In this document: in pieces, positions 37,701 through 48,967 of the stretch
Numbering within the stretch: position 1 is the first letter of the stretch
How the letters are laid out: every line of letters begins with the position of its first letter
Origin: Eutreptiella sp. 'Long Island Sound 2002'
Taxonomy: Eukaryota > Protista > Euglenida
Direction: 5' to 3'
Assembly (NCBI GenBank): GCA_964036045.1
Contig: OZ038378.1
Location: 193,998,001 to 194,062,000, forward strand
Length of the DNA: 64,000 bases
The notes under the pieces: model-generated
What the model was told of the DNA's origin: nothing
Seen by the model: the letters and a program-made list of their open reading frames with translations, nothing else
Database searches by the model: none
Program-made: the position numbers and the translations under genes

Positions 37701-38982
37701 ATACACCATGTGTCCTGGTCAATTCACTGCATGACTAGGGCAAATACGCCATGTCTCCTCAGCAATTCACAGCATGAAAAGCAAACACACCGTGTGTGCT
37801 GAGCAATTAACTGCATCACCATAGCAAATACACCGTGTGTGCTGAGCAATTCACTGCATGTCAAGAGCAAATACACCGTGTGTCTTGAGTGATTCACTGC
37901 ATGACCAGACCAAATACACCGTGTGTCCGGAGCTATTCACTGCATGACCAGAGCAAATACACCATGTGTCCTAAGCAATCCACTGCATGACCGGAGCAAA
38001 GACACCGTGTGTCCTAAGCAATTCACTACATGACCAGAGCAAATACACCATGTGTACTGAGCAATTCACAGCATGAGAAGCAAATACACCGTGTGTGCTG
38101 AGTGATTCACTGCATGTCCAGAGCAAATACACCATGCGTCCTGACCAACTCACTGCATGTCGAGAGCAAATACGAGGTGTGTCCTCAGCAATTCACTGCA
38201 TGCCCAACGCAAATACACCGTGTGTCCTGAGCCATTCATTGCATTGACCTGAGCAAATACACCGTGTTGAGCAATTCACTGCATGTCCATCGCAAATACA
38301 CCGTGTGTCCGGAGCAATTCACTGCATGACCAGAGCAAATACACCGTGCGTCCTGAGGAACTCACTGCATGGCCACGGCAAATACACCGTGCGTCCTGAG
38401 CAATTCACTACATGACCATAGCAAATACACCATGTGTCCTCAGCGATTCACTGCATCCCCAGAGCAAATGCACCGTGTGTCCTAAGCAATTCACTGCATG
38501 ACCGGAGCAAATACACCGTGTGTCCTCAGCAATTCACTGCATGACCAGAGCAAATACACCGTGTGTGCTGAGTGATTCACTGCATGACCATAGCAAATAC
38601 ACTGTGCGTCTGGAGCAATTCGCTGCATGTCCAGTCCAAATACACCCTGTCTTTTGATCAATTCAGCGCATGACAAAACCCAATACACTGTGTGTCTTGA
38701 GCGATTCCCTGCATGGCCAGAGCAAATACACCGTGTGTGTTGAGCAATTCACTGCATGTCCCAAGCAAATACACCGTGTGTCCTGAGCAACTCACTGCAT
38801 GTCAAGAGCAAATACACCGTGTGTCCTGAGGAACTCACTGCATGGCCACGTCAAATACACCGTTTGCCCTGAGCGATTTACTGCATGACAAGGGCAAATA
38901 TGCTGTGTGTCTTGAGCATTTAACTGCACGACCAGAGCAAATGCACCGTGTGTCCTGAGTGATCCACTGCATGGCCAGAGCA
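34786..38982. repeat. 43-bp satellite, about 97 monomers, with higher-order repeats, inside intron 1
   Basis: Consensus CTGAGCAATTCACTGCATGACCAGAGCAAATACACCGTGTGTC. The diagnostic AATAAACCG variant recurs at 35007, 35306, 35521, 35734, 35947, 36202, 36415 and 36715. Confidence 0.97.
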
Positions 38983-39077
38983 GAGTGGCTAGAAAAGCCA
39001 CTAGTGAGTATGACTGGTCATCCACCGCCATGCGTCAATCTGGGCAAATTCAGCACTCCAAAAAGTCAGGGACATAC

Positions 39078-39274
39078 TTGAGCTCACGATACTCCGAGAC
39101 CATGCTGTAAGCTTGCGACTTGAAGAATCTGCTGTGTGCGGTGTACAGCTCCGCCCCAGGGCAGTCCAAGCATGCATTCAGGAAGCGGATGGATGCATGG
39201 TGAGTCGATGCATGGTGAGTCCCAAAGCAACCACAAAAAAAGCACAGAAGGCACAGGGTGGCCACCCACTGCAT
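39078..39274 (-). CDS. DUF4397-like membrane protein, exon 1 (signal peptide plus start of repeat 1)
   Basis: MQWVATLCLLCFFCGCFG signal peptide, then THHASTHHAS and SIRFLNACLDCPGAELY...AYSMVSEYREL. AA|GTATGT donor, phase 2. The five exons total 969 nt = 322 aa plus stop with no frame break. Confidence 0.88.
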
Positions 39275-39276
39275 GA

Positions 39277-39320
39277 CTGCATGTGAGATGAGATGCGGAG
39301 CAGAAAGGAATTGGGAACAT
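39277..39320 (-). promoter_or_regulatory. Candidate spliced-leader trans-splice acceptor
   Basis: TTCCCAATTCCTTTCTGCTCCGCATCTCATCTCACATGCAG|TC-ATG: the AG is 2 nt before the start codon. Confidence 0.6.
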
Positions 39321-39419
39321 GCTACTACAGTTTCACCCATGTCTCTTCCATGGCGTCTTGTGCGCATCACTGTCACCTACACTTGATCAAATGGCGACCC
39401 ACAGTCCACCAGGAGATCA

Positions 39420-39710
39420 CAGCCACCATCCAGAGCTCACCAGGTATTGGCAGCAACCATCCAGAGCCAACAGGGATTCACAGCAACAGTCCAGAGCCCA
39501 CCAAGAATTAATAACAACCATCCAAAAGGCAGTAGAAACAAATAGAAGGCATGCAGAAGCCACCAAGAATTAGTAGCACCCATCCAGAAGCCACTAGAAA
39601 TTAACAGCAACCATCCACAAAGCATCGAGAATTAACAGCAACCAAGTAGCAAGCATGAAACAGTTTCCAAGAGTAAACAACAAGCATCCAGGAGCCTCCG
39701 AGCATTTTCA
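39420..39710. repeat. Degenerate ~32-bp tandem array
   Basis: Recurring AGAATTAACAGCAACCATCCAGAAGCCACC-like units, about 9 copies. Confidence 0.7.
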
Positions 39711-40028
39711 ACAAGCATCCGAATTCCAAGGTGTCGAAACTTCCCCCACATGAAATTTTCCCTGGAGAAATAATCCCCGTTCAAAATTTCACCCCTCCCT
39801 GTAATCGGTGGGATACCTGTGCAGCTTGGAAACACACCAGGCGCACAAACGTTCCCCCAACGGTGCGTTGTTTTTGATTGTGGTGTAGACTATTGACAAG
39901 GCTTGTACTGTGCTCCAAGATGTGGATGTCACAGCCTAGAATCGAGGGGCAGACTAGTGCCATGCTCAGGGGACGCCCATCTGATCAGCCAGGGAGGAGG
40001 GACCCGACCCAGGGGGACACAGTGCAGT

Positions 40029-40205
40029 ACGTGCAATGGTAATACCTTTTACAGCTGGGAACACATGCACTTCACTGTCCAATAGGTGGGTAGGTCTACA
40101 GAATAACCCCAATACACGTGCAATGGTAATACCTTTTACAGCTGGGAACACATGCACTTCACTGTTGAATAGGTGGGTAGGTCTACAGAATAACCCCAAT
40201 ACACG
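40029..40205. repeat. 87-bp tandem duplication (2 mismatches)
   Basis: ACGTGCAATGGTAATACC... at 40029 and 40116. Confidence 0.95.
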
Positions 40206-41392
40206 CAAGGCGTGCACAGTGTGTATAGTACTCCCTCCTTAACGTGCAAGCCCATGCTCCGTTCAGAGGCAAAAAGATTTGCAAATCAAATGGCCACTGA
40301 AAGCAGCATTAGTTCACAAAATCTGAAAGAATCTGCTGTTCCAAACACTTGCTCAAAGGCTATGGACCCACATGATGCAATGCTATTGGCATCTTCAGTG
40401 CACTGCTAACACCCAAAATTTCGCCAGGGATAATTTTGCCACCTTCCTTAAAGACCAAATTTTCCCACGAAATCATCCCCGCCCGAAAATTTTCCTCCTC
40501 CTGTAGTTTTCCAGGCTTGAACCCAAAAAATCGCCCTGAAATGGGCTAGGAATTCCTGAGAGCGGTGTTAATAGCTGACATCATGAGTAGTCTGGAATGC
40601 ATGATCGAAAGTGGATTGGCCGTTGCCTGAATCCAGCGTCAACCTCGTAAAAACCCAGCACTAAGAAGACAGCAGCTGGTGGTAGGGGGTGGAATCTTGT
40701 TTTCATGTTTTCATACTCGAATTCTCCATGAAATGCCAAGCATTTTTGAGAAGAAAGGGTAAAAAAACATCTGCGGCGCCCGGAAATGGTAGTGCCAATA
40801 GCCTGCACAGCCTATGAGGGAGTTCATGCACAGCGCACACACTGTGCGCGCGGCACATCAGGTATTCAACAACTTCTCTAGGAAATGGTCTATCTTTGAG
40901 GCCCTCGTTGCTGGGCTGGGCTGGTTTTTTGAGACTGACTTTTGTATTGTTCGACTGTTGGGATACCCAATGGCCCAATTGACCAATGAACATGGAGGTT
41001 GTCCTTTGAAAGCACTCTGGAAACACCCAAATCATTTGCACATATAGTATGATGCAGCACTCACCCCAGGGTGTACATGTGTTTGCACGAGGCACAATCG
41101 AGTACAGCGAAGCTGTCATGCCTATAGGGCCGTTTGAATGAAAAGAAACAAGTGCACCCACATAGGTAAAAAGGCATTGGATGTGTGACCAAGGGGTCCA
41201 ACGAAACACGTTCCACAGTCTCACCTCAAAATGCCTCATGAGTGGCAGTGTTATAATGAAAAATCAAGTTCGCTGGGCTGGTAGTCAAACTCAATCTCAG
41301 CCACGAGTTGCATGGTCAACTCACCCTTGCCAATGCACTTCTTCGTGGGTACCCCCCAGCGCTTCGATGCTGAACAGTTTATGATGCACATA

Positions 41393-41959
41393 AACCCCCC
41401 CCCCCCTGTAAAAGCACGCAACTGAAATAAAAGCACGCAAGCCGGCGTTTATTAAATGCATCACAATAAAAGCACGCAGCACCATCCCAGCCTCACCATC
41501 CCTCAAATGAAAGATTCAAGAACGTGAAATTGCTTGCCAAACACATGCAGTTTCCCGTTGTTTAGTTTTTCTTCAGAAAAGCAGCCATAGACAGCTGCTT
41601 AGATGCAGCCTTTGGTTTAGGCTTTGGTGCAGCAGCAGGCTGCACCACCTCAACCGGTGGCACAAACTGAAATGGGACCCGCAGCTTGACATCCGCAGGA
41701 TTTAAGTAGCCCAAGTCTTTAAAAAGTTGCGGGACATTCACACGCTTTACAGCGGCCATGTAACCTGAATAGCAGAGTTCCACAAAAGAATTTCTGATTT
41801 GGGCCGCTGTCAATTTACCTTGCAATTTGCAAGAGAAGCATCCATACTAGCATCTTCAGAACATAGCAAAAGCATGGATGGTAAAAATAAAAGCCGGCAA
41901 AGAATAAAAGCACGCAATAAAATAAAAGCACGCGCCGGCTTTTAAAGGGGGGGGCGGTT
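41393..41959 (-). mobile_element. TA-flanked Tc1/mariner-like internal-deletion derivative
   Basis: TA on both sides. TIR AACCCCCC...TGTAAAAGC / GCTTTTAAAGGGGGGGGCGGTT. Five AAAAGCACGC subterminal repeats plus one variant. Contains ORF 41562-41825, possibly a transposase C-terminus. Confidence 0.65.
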
Positions 41960-43524
41960 TAACGTGAAGCGGGGCAGGAGGTTGGGGCATATGCACATTC
42001 TCCGGGCATTTGTATGTCCTCCCCCTTGCGACAACAACGCTAAACTTCCAAAATTTGACGGAAACGACACCTGCTGTTGTCCTGACGCGGGTGTTGTTTG
42101 CATACGCAGCGAGAAGACACTAAGAGCAAATTGAAGCATCATTGAGGTTGTATCAATCATGTCTTTGGAGGCGAGTCGAAATTAGTTGCGGGCCCATTCT
42201 GGTGAGAAAGGCCTCAAATGGGGCACTGTAGTGCGGAAAACCTGTCAAAAAAATAAATAAGTGTCGGCAACCAACCGTTTCTGATAGAGACAGCTTTGGT
42301 GAGGATCCTCATTCAAATTGTGGACACCGGTTCTTACACCTACCCTGGACCATTGTCTGAAGGTGAAGCAAGGAGCAGAATGGGGCAAGAGAACTACAAG
42401 GGAGGGGCAGCAAGTGGCAGGACAGAAACCAGCATCCCCAGAATACCAGCCCCAAATCAATGAAAAACTTGATCTTCATTGAAGACAAGAAAATGGAACC
42501 GCCAAAATTCCATGGTTCCAAAAGTTGCGGAAACAAAGTAGCCGGTTTTGTTTCCGCAAAAGGGGCGGGAAAAACACCTCCCGTTGTTCTGACAGGGGTG
42601 TCGTTCTCGCAGAGGGGGGGGGGGGGGATAGATGAGAAGGGGCGGGGGGGTTCCTGCAAATGTTCTTTGTGCAATGCTAACATCACAGGACAAAATGTGG
42701 TGTGCAAAGTTGTGTTTTGTAGGACCTGGCTCTGTTGTCTTCCGTGGACCCTGAATTGTGAGCCCATCCAAGCTTTCCTCCAAATTCAGGGGCCGGAACA
42801 GCACCTTGGCCACAACATAAAAAGTAGGAAGCATGAGGAGGGAGCGAAGGAATTCCTTTCACTTTCAATTTCACTTTCAATTTGATGCGAGACCAGGCCT
42901 AGACGCCCGTTCCTGGTGGTTTTCAATGCCTCATTAGAGGACAAGCAGGCACACAGGTGCCACTGATCGCAATATAGTCTCATCTGCAGACCTTTTCACG
43001 ATCCCCAGGCCCCTCCATGGTACCTTGTCCAATCCCCACCTGAGGTGAACCGTCACCTGCAGATGCTGTTTCAGAAGCACTATTGAAGGAGAATGGCGCT
43101 TCACTGGGTTGTATACTACTGTGGTGGCTGCGCTCACTGTGTTTGTGTGTTGGCCATAGGCATAATTATGCACTGTGTGGGCACTGCGTGCACCGTTGTT
43201 GCCATACCCATTAAAACCATAGGCCCATGAGAGCACACAAAAATGCACCGCAACACCATTCATCATTGCCATAATTTTTCTCCGTAGGCATCTGCCCATA
43301 ATCCGCGACACTGGTCCATACCTAAAGCAGAGTGAGGCTTGAAACAGGGTCCTGGCACTGCATCACAAACCAGTACAAAGACATTGTACTGCGTGCAAAG
43401 GCGTCCCCTATGTTTGCAAAGCAATGAATTTGTGGAACAACAAATCTGTCAATGTATATTTGCAGACCAATCAGTGTTTTCCTGCTTTGCAAGTCACAGA
43501 AATTGATTGATCCCACGAACAGGT

Positions 43525-44016
43525 TCCCTACTCGGACCTTTATGCGCTGCACTGGTGACGTCGCAAAGATTGCTTGTCCCTTAGAACATGGTAACGGCTA
43601 TCATTGCAGGGTTGCCCACAGTGGTGCCATTAGGACTGACAATGGTATACGTTACACACAGATCGGGGAACAATTCCTCACACAAAAACTTCCACTGCCC
43701 TCCTGTAGTCATCAATATCAGGGTTACTAGGATTAGACTATCAACAACATCAAACGGTGGATGGACAGATCCCTACTCGGACCTTTATGCGCTGCACTGG
43801 TGACGTCGCAAAGATTGCTTGTCCCTTAGAACATGGTAACGGCTATCATTGCAGGGTTGCCCACAGTGGTGCCATTAGGACTGACAATGGTATACGTTAC
43901 ACACAGATCGGGGAACAATTCCTCACACAAAAACTTCCACTGCCCTCCTGTAGTCATCAATATCAGGGTTACTAGGATTAGACTATCAACAACATCAAAC
44001 GGTGGATGGACAGATC
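43525..44016. repeat. Perfect 245-bp tandem duplication
   Basis: TCCCTACTCGGACCTTTATG... at 43525 and 43770. The ORF track shows identical peptides from both copies. Confidence 0.95.
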
Positions 44017-44829
44017 AACACTCCAAACAGGCTCAGCAATTGGCTGCTTGCCATGCCCATCATGAATCAATGGATTTGACCTCCCCTATTCAGCCCCCAG
44101 GCATGGGGCATCCTGGTCTCACAAATTCTGGTGCCGTACAAAGGAGGCCACGGTTTTCGCAAGTGTTCGCCGAGTATGAGTTGGGGAAAACCCAGGGACT
44201 CGGTTTGGCGGCAGTGGACAACCGCCGCGCAGTTGCCATGAGACCAGTTAGCAGTCAGGGAAACTCCTGGGTTTCCAGATATGGATGTTGCTGTGTTGTT
44301 GGATGCACCATTGGTGCACTGCAAAGGGCTCAATTTGGGGCATGAAAGAAGAGAGCGAAAGAAGAAAGAGAACGAACGCATCTCAAAACTGCGGAATCCC
44401 ATCGTACAAGCAACAGAAAAACCCTCCAATGGGTTACGCACGTATGACTGTATCGCATCAGGTCAACCCAACCACTGCATCCCTCCCTCTCGACAACACC
44501 ACACAAGTGCATCAGTGACAGTGCTGTCCCTCATGCAGGGCATCGGGCTGATGGACTTTGTGGTACAGAGTATACGAGGTGGCCCCCCCAGTGCGAGCCG
44601 ACTGTTTCATAATGAAGCAGGAAACAATGGTGAAGGGTGGCGATGCACAAGCATGTGTGATTTACCAATACATCATTGTCCCAGAACACAAGCATAGACC
44701 TGCAGAGGTACGGCCAAGTGCCGCTACCATGCTGATACTATGTGCCAACCACAAAGGCAAATGCAGGTTGCTGTTGCCAAGACCCCGTGGTGCAATACGT
44801 TGACAGACAAACACAGAAGTGGAGTGTTG

Positions 44830-44877
44830 GTGAGTAAGTGAGTGAGTGAGTGAGTGAGTAAGTGAGTGAGTGAGTGA

Positions 44878-44935
<58 letters not shown>

Positions 44936-44949
44936 GTGTGGGTGTGTGT
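44830..44949. repeat. Compound microsatellite (GAGT)n-(GT)n
   Basis: Direct reading of the sequence. Confidence 0.95.
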
Positions 44950-46289
44950 ATTTGTTTCACTTCCGGGTATGGGCCGCCCTGTTGCTGGATCCTATGGTGA
45001 CCATCCTAGGCACCAGGGGGTTACACCGGCGATGGACCTAGTGGCCCAATTCAAGTATCCAGTGTGGTGCCTCGCCCACAACTACCTGGGACACCCACAC
45101 CGAGGCACCCTCGAAATGGCCCTCCACACAGCAGTTTGCGAAAGCACAAGAAGAAAGTTGCCTAAGATGTAGATGCAAACAAAAGTTGAAACGAGGTTCA
45201 ACTAGTGGTTTCCTCATAGCAGAGTTGCACTCTGCCATGCACACCCACCTAGCTGTGCCCCCCGCGAGCATTTGAGCAGCCATGCTGCCCCGCCAAGAAG
45301 CTGCAGCCTCCCACCCCACATAGAGCTCAATGCAGTGCATCGGCAATAGATATGGCCATGACTGGGAAGGTGGATAGAGGCCCCAAATGCCACCACACTA
45401 GGGTGGCATCGAGGGTGGGCACATCGTAGGAAGGAGAGGCCCTGATCCTACTCTCCTATGTTTGACAACTCACCACGCAAGAAGGCCCCTACTGGCTAGT
45501 CCCGGATTCTAAGCCATCCCAAGCACCCTATGAACATAGCGGGCCAGAGGGTCATTGTGGTGGAAGCACCAGTACACTCACATACTTTGGTGCTCCACCC
45601 GGCCTGCTCATGCCAACAACATAGTGACCACACCGCCCAACTTGATAACGGAGCTTAATGGCCACGTGGACGCGGCAAACAAATTGACCCGAAGATCAAT
45701 GTGGCTCCTCTAACGCCCATACTCTTTCATCCCTCGTGACAAATATAGATCGTTGCTAGCCGGCCACGATGGACTTGCAAGACTAGCTCCATGACTAGGT
45801 GGCAGTCCCGGCACATGTACGCTACGACGGCCGATGGGGCAGCATGTACAAGCCGGGAATGGGACTACCACTAGGTGGGCCTTGAACCCAACCATGAGCC
45901 AAGCCTTAAACCTTGCGGCGGGGGCTAGCAGCAATGTAGTGCTCACCTCTGTACAGACATGTTTGCTTTTGTGGCACTAGTTTGCCAAAGGCCCTGGGCT
46001 TCCTTTGCCTGTCTGTCTGTTGCAGCCGTAGCTCTTGGAGGGCCCACACCATGGTGCCTTGAGGTCCCGCTCAGGTCTTGAGGAGTGTGCTTGGCGCCCA
46101 CGCATGGCTCTTTGCACCAACATTTTTGTGCAATGAGGGGGCTACCAGTCACTATGGCCCGGAGGGTTCGTCCCAGGCGTTAGCTTGCCTCACCGTGCTA
46201 AGGTGGCATCCTTGAGTACACGGCCACACTCTAGGGGTGCCGTGGGCATTGGCTCCCCTCATTCCACTACCGCGTGGCAAGGGCCAAGG

Positions 46290-47180
46290 GGCAATGGAAA
46301 TCCTTGAGTACACTGTGGCACTACAAAGGGTTGTGGACAGTGGAAATACTTCAATAGACTGTCATATTGCACAGGTTAGTGGGTAGTGGAAAACCGCCAA
46401 TCCCTTGCCTCATTGAAAGGCACAATGAGCAGAGGAATATCTATACCGCCACTCTAGGGGGAACGGGCGGCACAATTCCTAAAGTACTCTACCACACTTG
46501 GCACACTACAAAAGAAATTTGGCTGCAAAATCCCCCAATCCCAATGCAAGGGGTGTTGGGCAATGGAATCCTTCAGTGCACAGCCACACTGTAAAGAGGG
46601 GGTAGCAGGCATTGGAAATCCTTCGGTATATTGTTGTGTGGCACGAGGAAAGGGGTAGTGGACATTCTTCAGCACACTGGCATACTACAAGGGGCAATGG
46701 ATAGTGGAAATCCCGTAGGTAACTATCAAAGTACAGGGGGCGGGAGGTGGTGGAAATTTTGCAATATGCTACCGCACCAATGGGGGCAATGGGTAGGGGA
46801 AATCTAGCATTACCCTATTATACCGCATGCAGCAGTGGGTAGTGGAAATCCTTTTGTACACGGCCACAATACAAGGGCAAGGATCAATGGAAATCCTTCA
46901 ACACACTGCCATGCCACAATGTGGGGGGTTGTAGTCAATGGGATCTCATTACACAACAACATTGCTGCAGGCAGTGGGTATGTGAAATCTCGGGTGGACT
47001 ATCAGCAACATTGCGTAGCGGAAATCTGTTGGTACACTACCACACTAAGGGGCAGTAGGTAGTGGGATCCTTCAATAAACTGTCACACTGCAAGGGAGAA
47101 GTGGGAATCCGTTAGCACACACTTGCATGCACACACCGCATTGCATGAGACAGTGGGTAGTGGACAAAAGCAGGGCATAG
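46290..47180. repeat. Highly decayed tandem array built on (A/G)TGGAAATCCTT...TACAC..CACTACAAGGG
   Basis: The GTGGAAAT/ATGGAAAT motif recurs more than 10 times at irregular spacing. Confidence 0.6.
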
Positions 47181-48746
47181 CCGGTCGTAGTAGTCCATTG
47201 GGACCGGTCCCAGGCCCTGTGGTTGGGGAGTTGATTGGGTGGTGACGCAGACAGTCATAGCACTCCATGGAGACCTATGCCTACACCTCATACCCTACGC
47301 CGCATCATGTCTGAGCACGAGGAAGCCACTGGGCACTAGGAAGGGGGGGAAACGTTGCCCCAAAGAGCCTGCAATATCCCAGAGTTTGGTGTTTGCGTGT
47401 TGCGGGGACAGCCGGTCGGGTAGGGGGGTGGCATTGCCTCTCTAAGCTTGGGGTGCCCTTGGTCTGTGGCTACGGATGTGGTGCGGCAGATGAGACAGCT
47501 CATCGCTAAAGTCCATAGGGACTAGTGCCAAGCGCAATTGCCTCAATGTCCCAATGTCCCACGCCACCGCACGTGTGACCCATGGCTTGGAGTTAGGAAA
47601 TCAGCTGTTCATCTCAGGGTTGGCCCCCCACTATTTAATCACGATTCATATTTCTCAGATTACAAGTTTACCATACCATATCATTCACTCTTGGGCTGGG
47701 CATGTTGTTCATCGCGGGCCGGTTCCTTGCTAACAACTCCCCCTCACCATTTCACTCTCACTCGTTGCAGGGCCGTTGCATGCTGATCTCCCAAACCATC
47801 CTGGGTGCTGTTGGGGGAACACTTCAGGCCCAAGGCTTGTTGCCTGGTGCGGCAGAGCCCTTGCGGTAGCACACAGGGTTGTGCCCCGGGTGCTGAGGGC
47901 CTCTGCTTGCCTAAGGGGGAAACGAGTACTCACCATGGGGCTTGAATCCCATGCCGGCACCAAAGTCGCTGACGTAGGTGCAGATGCGCATTGGAAAGAC
48001 AGCACAAGAAAGTTCCGCAACGGTTAAAACAGCGCCGCGCCGCTTTTTCTGGGAGAGTCTGGCAGGCGACAGGCATAAACGCGGAGCACGGGGCCCATGG
48101 CCCCAAGGGCACACTGCTTATCTCAAATTCGCAAATCAAGGGGCAATGAACTGCAAAACCAGACCAATCCCCCAACTCCGACACGGGGAGCGGTCCGGCT
48201 GTCGCCTGCACACCCTCTTTGGGGGTTGGCCAGCGGCAGGAGTGGCAGCGCCCCTTGTGGCAACAGATTCTAACAATAACAAGAATTGCACCGGAGGGGG
48301 GGGGGGGGTTCACCGCCGTCTGGAGTGTGTGCTGTCACAGCATGCCACCGACGTCCAGCAGTCAGACGGGCTCTCGTCAGGAATGGAAACGCCCCACCTA
48401 CTCCCAAAAGCCCCCCCCCCCCTTACTATTACTATTACTTGGCCCGCCCCACCATCTTCCAACCCCAGCTACACTTGGGTAACCCTCGCTGCACTGCCCT
48501 GCGGCTTCACACCCCCTCAAGCGCAGGCCGCAGGGAGGTGGGGGAGGGGCATCCGGCTCCTGCACCTTTGCATCGCCGTCCTACCGTTCCGTGGGCACAA
48601 CCGCCCCATCAAGCGCAGGCCTGCGCCCCACCCCCTCTCCCGGCGCAAGCACGGCCCAGGGCATTGAGAACGACGCTCCCGTGCCAAGACAAGGCCGTGC
48701 TGACGTGTGGCTCTTTTTCAACGTACACAAGTGGGCGGGGGAGGGG

Positions 48747-48967
48747 GAGGGATGCACTAGAAGGGAAAGGACCTCAGAGGCGGCCCTAGAGGCTGGTAGA
48801 GAGGCCGTTGGAGGAGGTTGCCAAAGCGGTTGGGGGCGGTTACTGTCGGTTACAAATGCCATTGGAGCTGGCACTTGGCCACTTGGCGTCAGGGAGACAG
48901 TGGCTGGGCATAGGCTGGGCGCCCTGGAAGGGGGGCAGGGTACCTCCCCTCCTCCAGTGCGTCCCTT
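48747..48967. mobile_element. MITE (AGGGATGCACTAGAAGG family)
   Basis: TIR AGGGATGCACTAGAAGG / CCTCCAGTGCGTCCCT in G-rich flanks; TSD degenerate. A related left end, CAGGGATGCG, lies at 54405. Confidence 0.75.

Noticed and set aside
34786-38982. CRISPR array
   Set aside because: Monomers are contiguous with no unique spacers, there are no cas genes, and the context is a eukaryotic intron.
35968-39031. Short ORFs within the satellite
   Set aside because: They are by-products of a 43-bp period rotating through frames; no independent coding signal.
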